Position numbers and translations under genes: made by a program. A stretch of DNA of 32,000 nucleotides from Chloroflexota bacterium (lineage in GTDB: Bacteria > Chloroflexota > Anaerolineae > Anaerolineales > UBA11579): NCBI GenBank assembly GCA_016191875.1, contig JACPVG010000019.1:58020-90019 (forward strand). The letters are read 5' to 3'. A model generated the notes under the pieces. That model saw nothing but the letters and a program-made list of their open reading frames with translations. It was not told the origin of the DNA and made no database searches. Positions 16,138 through 24,120 of the stretch are shown piece after piece. Positions within the stretch are counted from its first letter, which is position 1; each line of letters opens with the position of its first letter.

Positions 16138-16758
16138 ATGAGCATGCCTGAAGGCTCCATTCTCGTTGTTGAAGATATGCCGCAGATTCGTGGTCTGCTG
16201 GAAGTCACGCTTCGCTTCGAAGGGTATCCGGTCGAATCCGCCAGCAATGGCCAAGAGGCCCTCGAGATGATCAAAGCCAAGCCGCCGGTGCTGATCATCA
16301 CCGATATCCTCATGCCGCAAATGGACGGCTACGCGATGGTCTATCGCCTGCGCAAGGACCCGGAAACCCGGAAGATCCCGGTTGTATTCCTCTCGGCCAC
16401 CTACGTCACCAAAGAAGACAAGGATTTCGCCCTGAGTCTGGGCGCGGTGCGTTTCCTGGAAAAGCCCATCGACACGCACGATTTCCTCCTGACCATTGGC
16501 GAGATACTCGCCCGCGGACCGGGCGAAGCTCCCGAGCCGCCGGATGAGAAGAAATTCTATGAGGGCTACCGGTTGCGGCTGGAGAACAAACTGCGCCAGA
16601 AAAACCAGCAGATCGCCCGCACCGAGAACTTGCTGTACGCTCTGCCAGACACGCAGCGCCCGGCCTTTGAGAAACTGCTGGAAGAAACGCGCATGCACCG
16701 TGACGAGATCGTTTCCGACCTGGAAGATGTCATCCAGCAGTTAAAGCGCCTCGGATAG
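16138..16758 (+). CDS. Single-domain response regulator (REC) with C-terminal coiled-coil tail
   Basis: ILVVEDMPQIRGLL...VLIITDILMPQMDGYAM...PVVFLSA...KP is a REC pattern. The tail RLRLENKLRQKNQQIARTENLL...LLEETRMHRDEIVSDLEDVIQQLKRL is heptad-like. Confidence 0.85.
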   Translation: MSMPEGSILVVEDMPQIRGLLEVTLRFEGYPVESASNGQEALEMIKAKPPVLIITDILMPQMDGYAMVYRLRKDPETRKIPVVFLSATYVTKEDKDFALSLGAVRFLEKPIDTHDFLLTIGEILARGPGEAPEPPDEKKFYEGYRLRLENKLRQKNQQIARTENLLYALPDTQRPAFEKLLEETRMHRDEIVSDLEDVIQQLKRLG

Positions 16759-16778
16759 CCCGCTTTCCCATCCATTCC

Positions 16779-17576
16779 ATGCAGCCGGGCATCGACGACC
16801 TCCTGCGGCTGGCGCGCGGCGCGGGCGATATCCTGCTTGCCCACTTCGACCGCCCCTTGAAAATCGACCATAAGGGAGCAGTGGACCTCGTTACCGAGGC
16901 CGACCGCCAGTCTGAGGACTACCTGCTGGCCGAGATAAGGCGCGCCTGGCCGGAGCACAGCATTCTGGCGGAAGAGAGCGGCCAGCAAGACGGCACCAGC
17001 GATTCGGCCTGGCTGATCGATCCGCTGGATGGGACGACAAACTTCGCCCACGGTCTGCCCATCTTTTCCGTGTCCATCGCTTTTGCAGATGCCCAAGGCG
17101 TGCAGTTGGGCGTGGTCTGTGACCCGACTCGCGCCGAAGCCTTCTGGGCGGCGCGCGGGCAGGGCGCCTGGCTGGGTCAGCGACAGCTGCACGTCAGCGA
17201 CGTTCGCGATCTGGTCAACAGCCTGCTGGTGACCGGTTTCCCCTACGACCGGGCGGCCAACCCGGACAACAACCTGGATTATTTCAACCACATCATGCTG
17301 CGTTGCCGGGGAATCCGGCGGCTGGGTTCGGCGGCGCTGGACCTGGCCTACGTGGCAGCCGGGCGGATGGACGGCTTCTGGGAGATTCGCCTCCAACCCT
17401 GGGATGTGGCGGCCGGAATGCTGATCGCTCAAGAGGCCGGCGCGGTGGTCACCCGTCTGCACGGGGAGCCGGATGTGCTGCGCCGGCCATGCAGCGTGCT
17501 GGCGGCCAACCCGGCTCTACATCCCCTGCTGTTGAACGAGATGCTGCGGGTGCGGGAACAGCGCGCTCAACCCTGA
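16779..17576 (+). CDS. suhB: Inositol monophosphatase family protein
   Basis: AEESG...WLIDPLDGTTNFAHGLPIFSVSIA...PWDVAAG are IMPase/SuhB motifs. Confidence 0.88.
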   Translation: MQPGIDDLLRLARGAGDILLAHFDRPLKIDHKGAVDLVTEADRQSEDYLLAEIRRAWPEHSILAEESGQQDGTSDSAWLIDPLDGTTNFAHGLPIFSVSIAFADAQGVQLGVVCDPTRAEAFWAARGQGAWLGQRQLHVSDVRDLVNSLLVTGFPYDRAANPDNNLDYFNHIMLRCRGIRRLGSAALDLAYVAAGRMDGFWEIRLQPWDVAAGMLIAQEAGAVVTRLHGEPDVLRRPCSVLAANPALHPLLLNEMLRVREQRAQP

Positions 17577-18385
17577 TTGTGGCGCAGCCGCGCGGCCAGC
17601 TGGCCGAAGTCCACCGGCGCGGTCATGTCCAGAGTCAGCGGGGTAACGGCTACATGTTTCTTGCCTAGCACCACGTGAACGTCGCTGTCTTCCGGGAAGA
17701 GTTCGAGGTTGGTCTCCATGGTATAACCCAGCGCCTGAGGTTCATCTAGCTTATGGCGCGCTGGCGGCTGCGGCACATAGTAACGCGCCGTTGCCAACCG
17801 GGTCACTTCCCAGGGAGTATCCTCGCTCGCTCCATACGGAACTTCCACTTTCAGGAGCTGTACAGAAGGATCGAATCCGCCGGAGATCAGGCTCTGGGCG
17901 AAATACCTCGTGAAGTGAGCGGCGACCTTGAAATCGATTTCGCGACTGTAAGAGAGATGGTATTCTTTGGCGGTATCCAGCGAGATCGCCAAGGAAGGGA
18001 TGCCATGCGCGGCGCTTTCCATGGCGGCCCCAACCGTCCCGGAAATGGTGACGCCCGTGCCAAGATTGAGGCCGTAGTTGATTCCGGATACCACTACATC
18101 TGGCGCGGCGGGCATGATCTCCAGGATGGCATGTTGCACGGTCTGAGCCGGGCTGCCGCCGACGGCGTGCACCGTCCACTCCTTGCCGTGAACCCGCATC
18201 GTCTGGGCGGTGATGCGCCCGTCGGACGTGGCAGGCATGGAGCGGCCTGCGCCACTGGACTGCTGGCGCGGGGCTGCTACCCAGACGTAACCGAGTTTGC
18301 TCAGGGCTTCCGCTGCCGCCCATAGGCCGGGCGAGTCGATGCCGTCGTCGTTGGTGAGGAGGATTTGCGGCTCTAAGGATTTCAT
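17567..18385 (-). CDS. surE: 5'/3'-nucleotidase SurE
   Basis: ILLTNDDGIDSPGLWAAAEAL...VSGINYGLNLG. Track ORF starts at 18418. The ATG at 18383-18385 (MKSLEPQILLTNDDG) gives the usual SurE N-terminus. Confidence 0.88.
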   Translation of the reverse strand: MKSLEPQILLTNDDGIDSPGLWAAAEALSKLGYVWVAAPRQQSSGAGRSMPATSDGRITAQTMRVHGKEWTVHAVGGSPAQTVQHAILEIMPAAPDVVVSGINYGLNLGTGVTISGTVGAAMESAAHGIPSLAISLDTAKEYHLSYSREIDFKVAAHFTRYFAQSLISGGFDPSVQLLKVEVPYGASEDTPWEVTRLATARYYVPQPPARHKLDEPQALGYTMETNLELFPEDSDVHVVLGKKHVAVTPLTLDMTAPVDFGQLAARLRHNQG

Positions 18386-18408
18386 GAATGGCGCTCCAAC
18401 GCGTATTG

Positions 18409-18487
18409 AGTAGCCCACTGAGTGTCTTTTTGCATGGGTCTCCGACCTTCCCGCGAGATATTCCTCGAAAGATGGCTATGGGCTACT
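18409..18487 (-). ncRNA. Unclassified structured element, copy A (in the surE 5' leader)
   Basis: On the minus strand it reads AGUAGCCCA-N61-UGGGCUACU, a 9-bp closing helix. It is about 75% identical by hand alignment to 27159..27237 on the plus strand. Shared blocks are CAUCUU, CGAGGAA, CUCGCG, GGAAGG and AAGAC. It ends 23 nt upstream of the surE ATG. Confidence 0.5.
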
Positions 18488-18557
18488 TTTATAGTTGGCC
18501 GCTGTTCCTCTCCGACGGAATTCAAAACACCTGCGGCCAACACCCTGGCAAGCCCCC

Positions 18558-18566
18558 ATTTTACCA
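18558..18566 (-). promoter_or_regulatory. Extended -10 promoter for the surE leader
   Basis: Minus strand TGgTAAAAT, the same nonamer as the tRNA-Ser promoter at 23091-23099. The -35 is poor. It predicts a leader of about 165 nt that contains an 8-bp hairpin (UUGGCCGC...GCGGCCAA) and element copy A. Confidence 0.4.
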
Positions 18567-18625
18567 ATCTGTTAGGCTGCGGATGAGGGAAATCGGTTAG
18601 AATTCTGCCTGAAAGGAGGGATTAG

Positions 18626-19393
18626 ATGAAACTCAAAAATCCTCTCATTCCCTTAATGCTTGTCTTGGCTTTGGTTTTTTCGGCTTGCGGCCCCAGCGCA
18701 GAAGAGGTTGCCGCTACCTACGTCGCCGAAACGGCGGCAGCTGCCAGCCCGACACCGACCGAGACGCCAATACCCACCGACACACCCACGCCGCTCCCAC
18801 CCACAGAAACGCCTGCGCCGCAGTTGAAGCTCATCCTGAGCGCTGCCTCGTTGCGCGCCGGTCCGGGCTCCTCCTACGAGCAATCCGGCAGCGTTTCCAA
18901 GGATGACGAATTCACCCTGATCGGGCAGGCGTTTGACTGCACGTGGTATTACGTGCAGCTGGCGGATGGCACCACCGGGTGGCTGTCCGGCGTGACGGTA
19001 ACCACGCTCACGCCGTGCGACCAGATCGAGGAAGCGGAAATTCCGCCCACGCCGGTGGTCGAAGCCACGGCCACTCGCACGCCGGTAGCGGCGTCCGGGG
19101 GTTCCGGCGGCTCCTCCGGCGCGCCAGCCGGCGGCAGTACAACCTCCAGCGAGTGCAACGGCTACAACCCATGCCCGGGCCATCACTCAGTCAAGGTCAA
19201 TAACAAGACCGGTGCCAACGTCACGCTGTCTTTCGTCGGTCCGGCCAACTACAACATCACTCTGGGGCCTGGCAACGGCCAGCGTATCTACATCCTGCCC
19301 GGCCGCTACACAATCTACATTTCGATGTGCGGGACGACGTACTACGTCGATCACCAGATCAACTCAAACTGGTATCTGGATCTGAAGTGCTGA
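18626..19393 (+). CDS. Lipoprotein with Pro/Thr linker, SH3b-like domain and Cys-containing C-terminal domain
   Basis: Signal plus lipobox MKLKNPLIPLMLVLALVFSAC. PT-rich linker SPTPTETPIPTDTPTPLPPTETP. SH3b-like LRAGPGSSYEQSGSVSKDDEFTLIGQ...WYYVQLADGTTGWLSG. AAAGGAGGG SD upstream. Confidence 0.8.
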   Translation: MKLKNPLIPLMLVLALVFSACGPSAEEVAATYVAETAAAASPTPTETPIPTDTPTPLPPTETPAPQLKLILSAASLRAGPGSSYEQSGSVSKDDEFTLIGQAFDCTWYYVQLADGTTGWLSGVTVTTLTPCDQIEEAEIPPTPVVEATATRTPVAASGGSGGSSGAPAGGSTTSSECNGYNPCPGHHSVKVNNKTGANVTLSFVGPANYNITLGPGNGQRIYILPGRYTIYISMCGTTYYVDHQINSNWYLDLKC

Positions 19394-19414
19394 CGGCAAA
19401 TAATTTCAAATAGA

Positions 19415-19461
19415 AACAAACACGCGAGGACGTTCATCACGAACGTCCTCGCGTGTTTGTT
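19415..19461. terminator. Bidirectional intrinsic terminator: perfect 21-bp stem with a 5-nt loop
   Basis: AACAAACACGCGAGGACGTTC (19415-19435), loop ATCAC, GAACGTCCTCGCGTGTTTGTT (19441-19461). It lies between convergent genes ending at 19393 and 19461. T-rich tracts flank the stem on both strands. Confidence 0.8.
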
Positions 19462-20882
19462 CAAGGCATCGGGTTGCTATTCAGCCAGTCCGAACCCAGC
19501 TTCACGATGATATCCACCGGGCTGTTGGGGTCGTAGCGCTGAAGAATCTGCGCCTCACGGATGCCCAGCATCTGGACCAGGAACTGCACCGCGTAGGGGT
19601 TGCCGGTGTAATCGATGACCGTTGTCAGGCTGTAGGGCTGTTCGGCCTGACCCACCGAAACCACATTCGCCCCGAACCCTTTCAAATAATCCCCGGTGCG
19701 CTGCCCCAGGCCACCGCCGCTGGCGCCATCCTGCACGGCAATGCTGGCGAATTCAAGCTGCATGCGCTCGGCCGTGTTTCCGGGGGTGAGCGGGCTAAAG
19801 GCTCCGCCGGTGGGGAAGATCTGGTCCCGCAACACGCGGATGCGGTCAGGAATCGGAATCAGGATCGCCAGGTCGTCGGGCGAGGTGCCGAAGGTCACGT
19901 AGCGCTCGTCAATGACGCCGCGCTGGATGCCGCCATCCGGAATCTGGTTGGCAAGCACTGCCAGCTTAAGGGCGTCTTCGAAGGGCAGGTTGGTGCGGAT
20001 GCCGCCGCTCAACTCGGCGTAAATCTCCGGGGCGTTTGCAAGCAGACGCTGGAAGGTGCGCGGCTCCAGCAGGCGGTTGCGAATCGCAAGGATGACCTGC
20101 TGCTGGCGTGCCGCTCGATCGAAGTCGCCGCCGGGCGTTGAGCGGGTGCGGGCGTAGGCCAGCGCCAGGTCGCCGGGCAGTACCTGGCGGCCGGGCTTGA
20201 GGGTGCGCGGCGGCTTGTCACCGATGGGGTCGACTCGAATCGGCTCGGGGATATCCAGCTTTACCCCGCCAATCAGGTCGATGAATCGGATGAACGAGTT
20301 GAAATCCACCACGGCATAGTAGTCGATAGGGACGCCCAGTGTTGCCTCCACCGTCGCCATCGCCAGGGCCGGGCCGCCGCCGGGCACTTTGTAGATATCG
20401 CCGAAGTAGTAGGCGGTATTGATCTTGTTGGGTTTGAAACCGGGGATATTGGCCCACAGGTCGCGTGGCACGGATAGGATGCCGGCCGTCTTGGCCAGCG
20501 GGTCGATGGTGAGCAGGATCATCGTGTCGCTGCGCGAAGCGGTCTCGCCGGCGCTCCAATCGCGGTAGTCGAGACCCATCACCAGCATGGTCACCCGGGT
20601 GGTGCCGTCCCAGGGTTCAGGCGTGGGCGGTGCAAAGGAGAGACTGAAGGGGTCAGGTGTGTTGGTGGCCGCGCCGGCCGCCGCTGGGCCGCCCGGAGCA
20701 CCCAGAAACTGGCGAATCAGGCGGTCCGGCCCCTGCGACAGGAGGCGACCCAGCACGAAGCCGGCAAACGCAAGGGCCGTTCCCGTCATGACGAACACTC
20801 CCAGGAGCAACAAGGCACGCCCCCCGGCTGGGAGGGTAAGAGTCGGCTTGGCTGGTTGGGTTGGTCCGTTTTGGCGTTGCAT
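19461..20882 (-). CDS. LytR-CpsA-Psr (LCP) family cell-envelope glycopolymer ligase
   Basis: N-terminal TM helix, then SDTMILLTIDPLAKTAGILSVPRDLWANIPGF..NKINTAYYFG and ALAYARTRS...DFDRAARQQQV, the LCP core motifs. A C-terminal LytR_C-like region follows. Confidence 0.88.
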   Translation of the reverse strand: MQRQNGPTQPAKPTLTLPAGGRALLLLGVFVMTGTALAFAGFVLGRLLSQGPDRLIRQFLGAPGGPAAAGAATNTPDPFSLSFAPPTPEPWDGTTRVTMLVMGLDYRDWSAGETASRSDTMILLTIDPLAKTAGILSVPRDLWANIPGFKPNKINTAYYFGDIYKVPGGGPALAMATVEATLGVPIDYYAVVDFNSFIRFIDLIGGVKLDIPEPIRVDPIGDKPPRTLKPGRQVLPGDLALAYARTRSTPGGDFDRAARQQQVILAIRNRLLEPRTFQRLLANAPEIYAELSGGIRTNLPFEDALKLAVLANQIPDGGIQRGVIDERYVTFGTSPDDLAILIPIPDRIRVLRDQIFPTGGAFSPLTPGNTAERMQLEFASIAVQDGASGGGLGQRTGDYLKGFGANVVSVGQAEQPYSLTTVIDYTGNPYAVQFLVQMLGIREAQILQRYDPNSPVDIIVKLGSDWLNSNPMP

Positions 20883-20883
20883 C

Positions 20884-22182
20884 TCAGCTCCCGGGCGTGG
20901 CCGTCTCCGTTGGGGAGGGCGTACTGGTGGGGGTCTCAGTGGACGGAGCGGGTGTAGCGGTCTCTGTCGGACTGGCCGGCGGGATCGTGGCTGTGGGTGT
21001 TGCTGTCGGGCTGTCCGGGGCGGCCGTGCTGGTAGCCGTATCCGTTGCGGGCAGCGTTGGGGTGCTGATGCCGGCGGTGGCCGAAGACAGGGCCGTGGGC
21101 GTGAGCGTGGGCGTCAAAGAGGGGGTGAGCGCCAAACAAAGTTCGTCCACCGCCCGGGCCGTGGCGGCTACGTCGTTGTTGTTGGCGGCATTGAGGGCGG
21201 CGCGGTATCCCTCCGCCGCGCCGCACCAGTCCTCGCGCCCAGCCATCTGGTCGGCGATCTGCACCAGCGAAGACCAGTAGCGGTAGAAGGCGGTCAACCC
21301 GGATTCATCGCGCAAGTTGGGGGCGACGGCGACCAGTTGGCCGTAATATCCGGCGGCGATCTCGGGGTAGGCGATCCAGAAACTATTACCCAGCAGGTAT
21401 AGGCGCGCCCAGCCGCGATAGACCCCGGCCTCGGCGTCCAACGGGCCGAAGTTTTCCGCCAGCGAGAAATCGTATATACCGGATTCCAGTTCGCCGCGGT
21501 TGAGGATCTTATCCACGCCACGGTTGCGCAGGGCGAGGTAAATCAAGCCATCCACGTCGGCCACGCGGTAACCGGGGTCGGTTTTGCGCAGGGCGGCCAG
21601 CACATCCAATGTTTGATCCCACTGGCGGGAGGCTGCCAGCGCAGCGGCCTGGGTATAGAGTTCCTCGCTGGGGCGCGGGTCGAGTGTGGGGGTAGCGCTT
21701 GGAGCAGCAGGGGGCGTTACCGTGGCGGTGGTGTTCAACAACAGGGAAAGCTCCACCCAACGCTCGGCGGCCGCGGTGTAGCTCTGGTCCTGCGTAAATA
21801 TGAATTCAAACCGCTGGCGGGCCAGTTCAAGGTTGCCATTCTGGATATCCTGCAGTGCCAACTGGTATTGTTCGTCCAGATAAACGCGCGCCCCAGAAGT
21901 GGCCGAAACAGAAATTGCCCGCCGCCCGCTGCCCGCGCCGACAAGCGTGCTGGACACGAACAGGAGCGCCAGCGCGGCTGCAAATGGCATCAGGCGCAGG
22001 AGAATTCTCGCGCCGCCGGGCGGCGGGGCTGAAGGTGGTTCGGCGTGAGCGCGCTGGGGCCGGGTGCGTTGGGTCATCCCCGGTTGCGTTTCGTACAGCG
22101 GCTGGCTTGGCTGGGTGGTTGCCGGGCCGCGGGCGCGCCGGCTGGGACGGGTGTCGCCGGGTTTCGGTTTGGGCGTTGTCAT
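20884..22182 (-). CDS. Membrane-anchored hypothetical protein (helical repeat-like ectodomain, Pro/Thr/Ala-rich C-terminal tail)
   Basis: Its stop TGA (20884-20886) is 1 nt from the LCP gene ATG, so the two are translationally coupled. One TM helix (LMPFAAALALLFVSSTLVGA). The last ~90 residues are a TP/TA low-complexity tail. Start is either the ATG at 22180-22182 or the track's TTG at 22227. Confidence 0.6.
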   Translation of the reverse strand: MTTPKPKPGDTRPSRRARGPATTQPSQPLYETQPGMTQRTRPQRAHAEPPSAPPPGGARILLRLMPFAAALALLFVSSTLVGAGSGRRAISVSATSGARVYLDEQYQLALQDIQNGNLELARQRFEFIFTQDQSYTAAAERWVELSLLLNTTATVTPPAAPSATPTLDPRPSEELYTQAAALAASRQWDQTLDVLAALRKTDPGYRVADVDGLIYLALRNRGVDKILNRGELESGIYDFSLAENFGPLDAEAGVYRGWARLYLLGNSFWIAYPEIAAGYYGQLVAVAPNLRDESGLTAFYRYWSSLVQIADQMAGREDWCGAAEGYRAALNAANNNDVAATARAVDELCLALTPSLTPTLTPTALSSATAGISTPTLPATDTATSTAAPDSPTATPTATIPPASPTETATPAPSTETPTSTPSPTETATPGS

Positions 22183-22275
22183 ACGAAGCGGATTCCAAGA
22201 GTATTGTACCTTTTGGACGATGCGCAAACCCTAAAATCGTACGAAAGTGTGACCGGCACGAGGTAGAATGCGCCT

Positions 22276-22638
22276 ATGCTGCGCGAAGAAACCGTCCGAC
22301 AGAACAAAGGCGAGCCGCGCCGTCGCTGGTTTGCGGATGATTATTTCGATCTGATTCTATGGGAATCAGGAGGAGAGTTTACCCAGATGCAGTTGTGCTA
22401 TGACCGCGACCGGGATGAGCATGCGCTCATCTGGCGCTCGCAGGGCGGTTTTGCCCACTTCCGGGTGGATGAGGGCGAGTTTGGCCGGCTGAAGAAATCC
22501 AGCCCGATGATGGTGGATGACGGCAAGTTTGATGGGCCGCGGCTACGCAGGGAATTTGCGGCGCGCGGGCGTGGTCTGGAGCCGGCGGTGCGGCGCTGGG
22601 TGGGCGCGAAATTGCGGGAGTTCTGCGAAGGGCGTTAG
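22276..22638 (+). CDS. Hypothetical protein
   Basis: 120-aa ORF with coding-like composition. TAGAAT (22264-22269) lies exactly 6 nt before the ATG and there is no SD, so the mRNA may be leaderless. No family recognised. Confidence 0.5.
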   Translation: MLREETVRQNKGEPRRRWFADDYFDLILWESGGEFTQMQLCYDRDRDEHALIWRSQGGFAHFRVDEGEFGRLKKSSPMMVDDGKFDGPRLRREFAARGRGLEPAVRRWVGAKLREFCEGR

Positions 22639-22640
22639 GG

Positions 22641-22681
22641 AACAAAAACGGGCTGTGTCCTCCTCCTTGGAAACACAGCCC
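22641..22681 (-). terminator. Intrinsic terminator of the tRNA Ser-Ser-Arg operon
   Basis: 9-bp perfect stem GGGCTGTGT (22650-22658) / ACACAGCCC (22673-22681). On the minus strand it is followed by GTTTTTGTT (22641-22649). Confidence 0.7.
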
Positions 22682-22713
22682 ATTCGGCGTTCGGCGAAAC
22701 TATCGCCTGGATA

Positions 22714-22790
22714 TGGCGTCCTCGGCACGATTCGAACGCGCGACCTCTTACTCCGCAAGCAAGCGCTCTATCCAGCTGAGCTACGAGGAC
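22714..22790 (-). tRNA. tRNA-Arg, anticodon GCG as I read it; CCA encoded
   Basis: Minus strand: GTCCTCG TA GCTC AGCTGGATA GAGC G CTTGC TTGCGGA GTAAG AGGTC GCGCG TTCGAAT CGTGC CGAGGAC G CCA. This is a complete cloverleaf with 7-bp acceptor, TTCGAAT T-loop and anticodon-loop positions 34-36 = GCG. Confidence 0.9.
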
Positions 22791-22868
22791 GTTACCAACA
22801 TTTCTGGCCGCACACTGTGAGGCATACGACCGGTTGCGGCTGGGAAGTATACCAGCATTCACAACAGG

Positions 22869-22959
22869 CGGGGAGGGCGGGATTCGAACCCGCGACCGGG
22901 TTTTACCCCGGAACCCACTTAGCAGGCGGGCGCACTAGACCGGGCTATGCGACCTCCCC
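22869..22959 (-). tRNA. tRNA-Ser (GCT), class II with long variable arm
   Basis: Minus strand: GGGGAGG...CCCGC CTGCTAA GTGGG, variable arm TTCCGGGGTAAAACCCGGTC, GCGGG TTCGAAT CCCGC, CCTCCCC G. It is followed by CCT, so CCA is not fully encoded. Confidence 0.9.
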
Positions 22960-22972
22960 GAATGGATGTTGC

Positions 22973-23063
<91 letters not shown>

Positions 23064-23090
23064 GGGGTTGATGGTTCCCTCCCGAGCGGG

Positions 23091-23099
23091 TCGTATTTT
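23091..23099 (-). promoter_or_regulatory. Extended -10 promoter of the tRNA cluster
   Basis: Minus strand TGgTAAAAT. The -10 hexamer ends 27 nt upstream of the tRNA-Ser(TGA) 5' end at 23063. A second TGgTATACT (minus strand, hexamer at 22846-22851, TGg at 22852-22854) precedes tRNA-Arg. Confidence 0.5.
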
Positions 23100-23148
23100 A
23101 CCATATTGATTCACGATGACGCGATTCTCCCATCGAGGTCGTCGATTC

Positions 23149-23961
23149 TCAGGGCGCGGCCTTGCGTCCGACGATGAGGATGTGGCGGTTGGCGAACGAG
23201 GCGTCTCCGCTTTCCCAGTTCTGCGGCACCAGCCAGGCGCGGGCGGTTTCTGAGAACCCCGCCATCCGGAGGCGCAATTCCGCAATCGTCTCTGGCGAGC
23301 AGCCCTGGCGACCAGCCCACTCGAGGAAGGTGTGCCGCTTAGTCATCACCTGAGTATGCTCCACGACAAGCCCGGCGGCCACGAACAACCCACGCCATGC
23401 TTCTTTTGTGAAGGCCCGGTTGTGGCTTGGATCGCGCAGTTTCTCGAAACTGTCGACTTCCTGCGCGGCCTGTCTGTCATCCGGCAAAACGTGGTCCTGG
23501 ACCAGGAGCACGCCGCCCGCTCTCAACACGCGGGCCGACTCACGAACGAATTTGGCCGCATCCGGAAAATGGTGCGCGGCAATTCGACAGGTGACGGCGT
23601 GGAAGTGATCGCTTTGAAAGGGGAGGTCATCGGCCATCGCCTGGCGGAAGGAGATATTGGGCGCGTTCCGGCTCTTGATGTATTCCGCGGCAGCCTGGAG
23701 CATCCTGGCGGTCAGGTCGCTGGCGACGACGTGCCGGACGTAAGGGGCAAAAGCCAGGGCGGTGTGGCCGCCCCCCGTGGCTACGTCCAGCACCTCCCAA
23801 TGCGGCTGCGGGTTCGCCAGCTCCACCAGGCGGGTCAGGTCGTTGCCCTGAGCATGGCTGGGGCTGTGGACGTAATGGTCAGCGAACTCGCCGAACCGTC
23901 TTTCAGACAGCGAACTGGGGTCATCCCGGTTGTCCATGGCGCCTCCCGGTGAATTCATCAT
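23149..23961 (-). CDS. Class I SAM-dependent methyltransferase
   Basis: VLDVATGGGHTALAFA (motif I), VVASDLT, and AVTCRIAAHHF...GGVLLVQD are typical of the Methyltransf_11/UbiE-like fold. Confidence 0.85.
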   Translation of the reverse strand: MMNSPGGAMDNRDDPSSLSERRFGEFADHYVHSPSHAQGNDLTRLVELANPQPHWEVLDVATGGGHTALAFAPYVRHVVASDLTARMLQAAAEYIKSRNAPNISFRQAMADDLPFQSDHFHAVTCRIAAHHFPDAAKFVRESARVLRAGGVLLVQDHVLPDDRQAAQEVDSFEKLRDPSHNRAFTKEAWRGLFVAAGLVVEHTQVMTKRHTFLEWAGRQGCSPETIAELRLRMAGFSETARAWLVPQNWESGDASFANRHILIVGRKAAP

Positions 23962-24120
23962 ATCAGAGAAGACGATGAAAACAAAACCGACCTGATTGGG
24001 TAAAATTCAGTTCAGATTGGGGCGAGAGCCGAGGATCCAGGACTGGTTCTTGTAAGAGGCGGACTTGCCCGTCCCGAAAGCCGGGCGAGTCTTGGAGCCG
24101 GGCGGGTGGGGTGATACTGG

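Noticed and set aside
18409-18487. MITE interpretation of the two-copy palindrome-closed element (terminal inverted repeats AGTAGYCCA/TGGGCTACT; copy B is flanked by TA on both sides).
   Set aside because: Not fully excluded. Copy A has no matching flanking duplication. The interior is conserved with hairpin-preserving differences. The U-G pair and the GAAA tetraloop give the element a strand polarity consistent with transcription in both contexts. I therefore report it as a candidate structured RNA and list MITE as the refuting outcome.
18730-18830. Repetitive-looking DNA (ACNCCN/GAGACG periodicity) here and at 20890-21130, which could be mistaken for tandem repeats or a CRISPR-like array.
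   Set aside because: It is in-frame coding sequence for Pro/Thr-rich linkers. There are no spacer-repeat units of constant length and no cas genes.
23962-24120. A 10-bp stem (GACTTGCCCG...CGGGCGAGTC, about 24062-24091) downstream of the cupin gene, as a terminator.
   Set aside because: No convincing U-tract follows it on the minus strand. Support is too weak to list as a feature.
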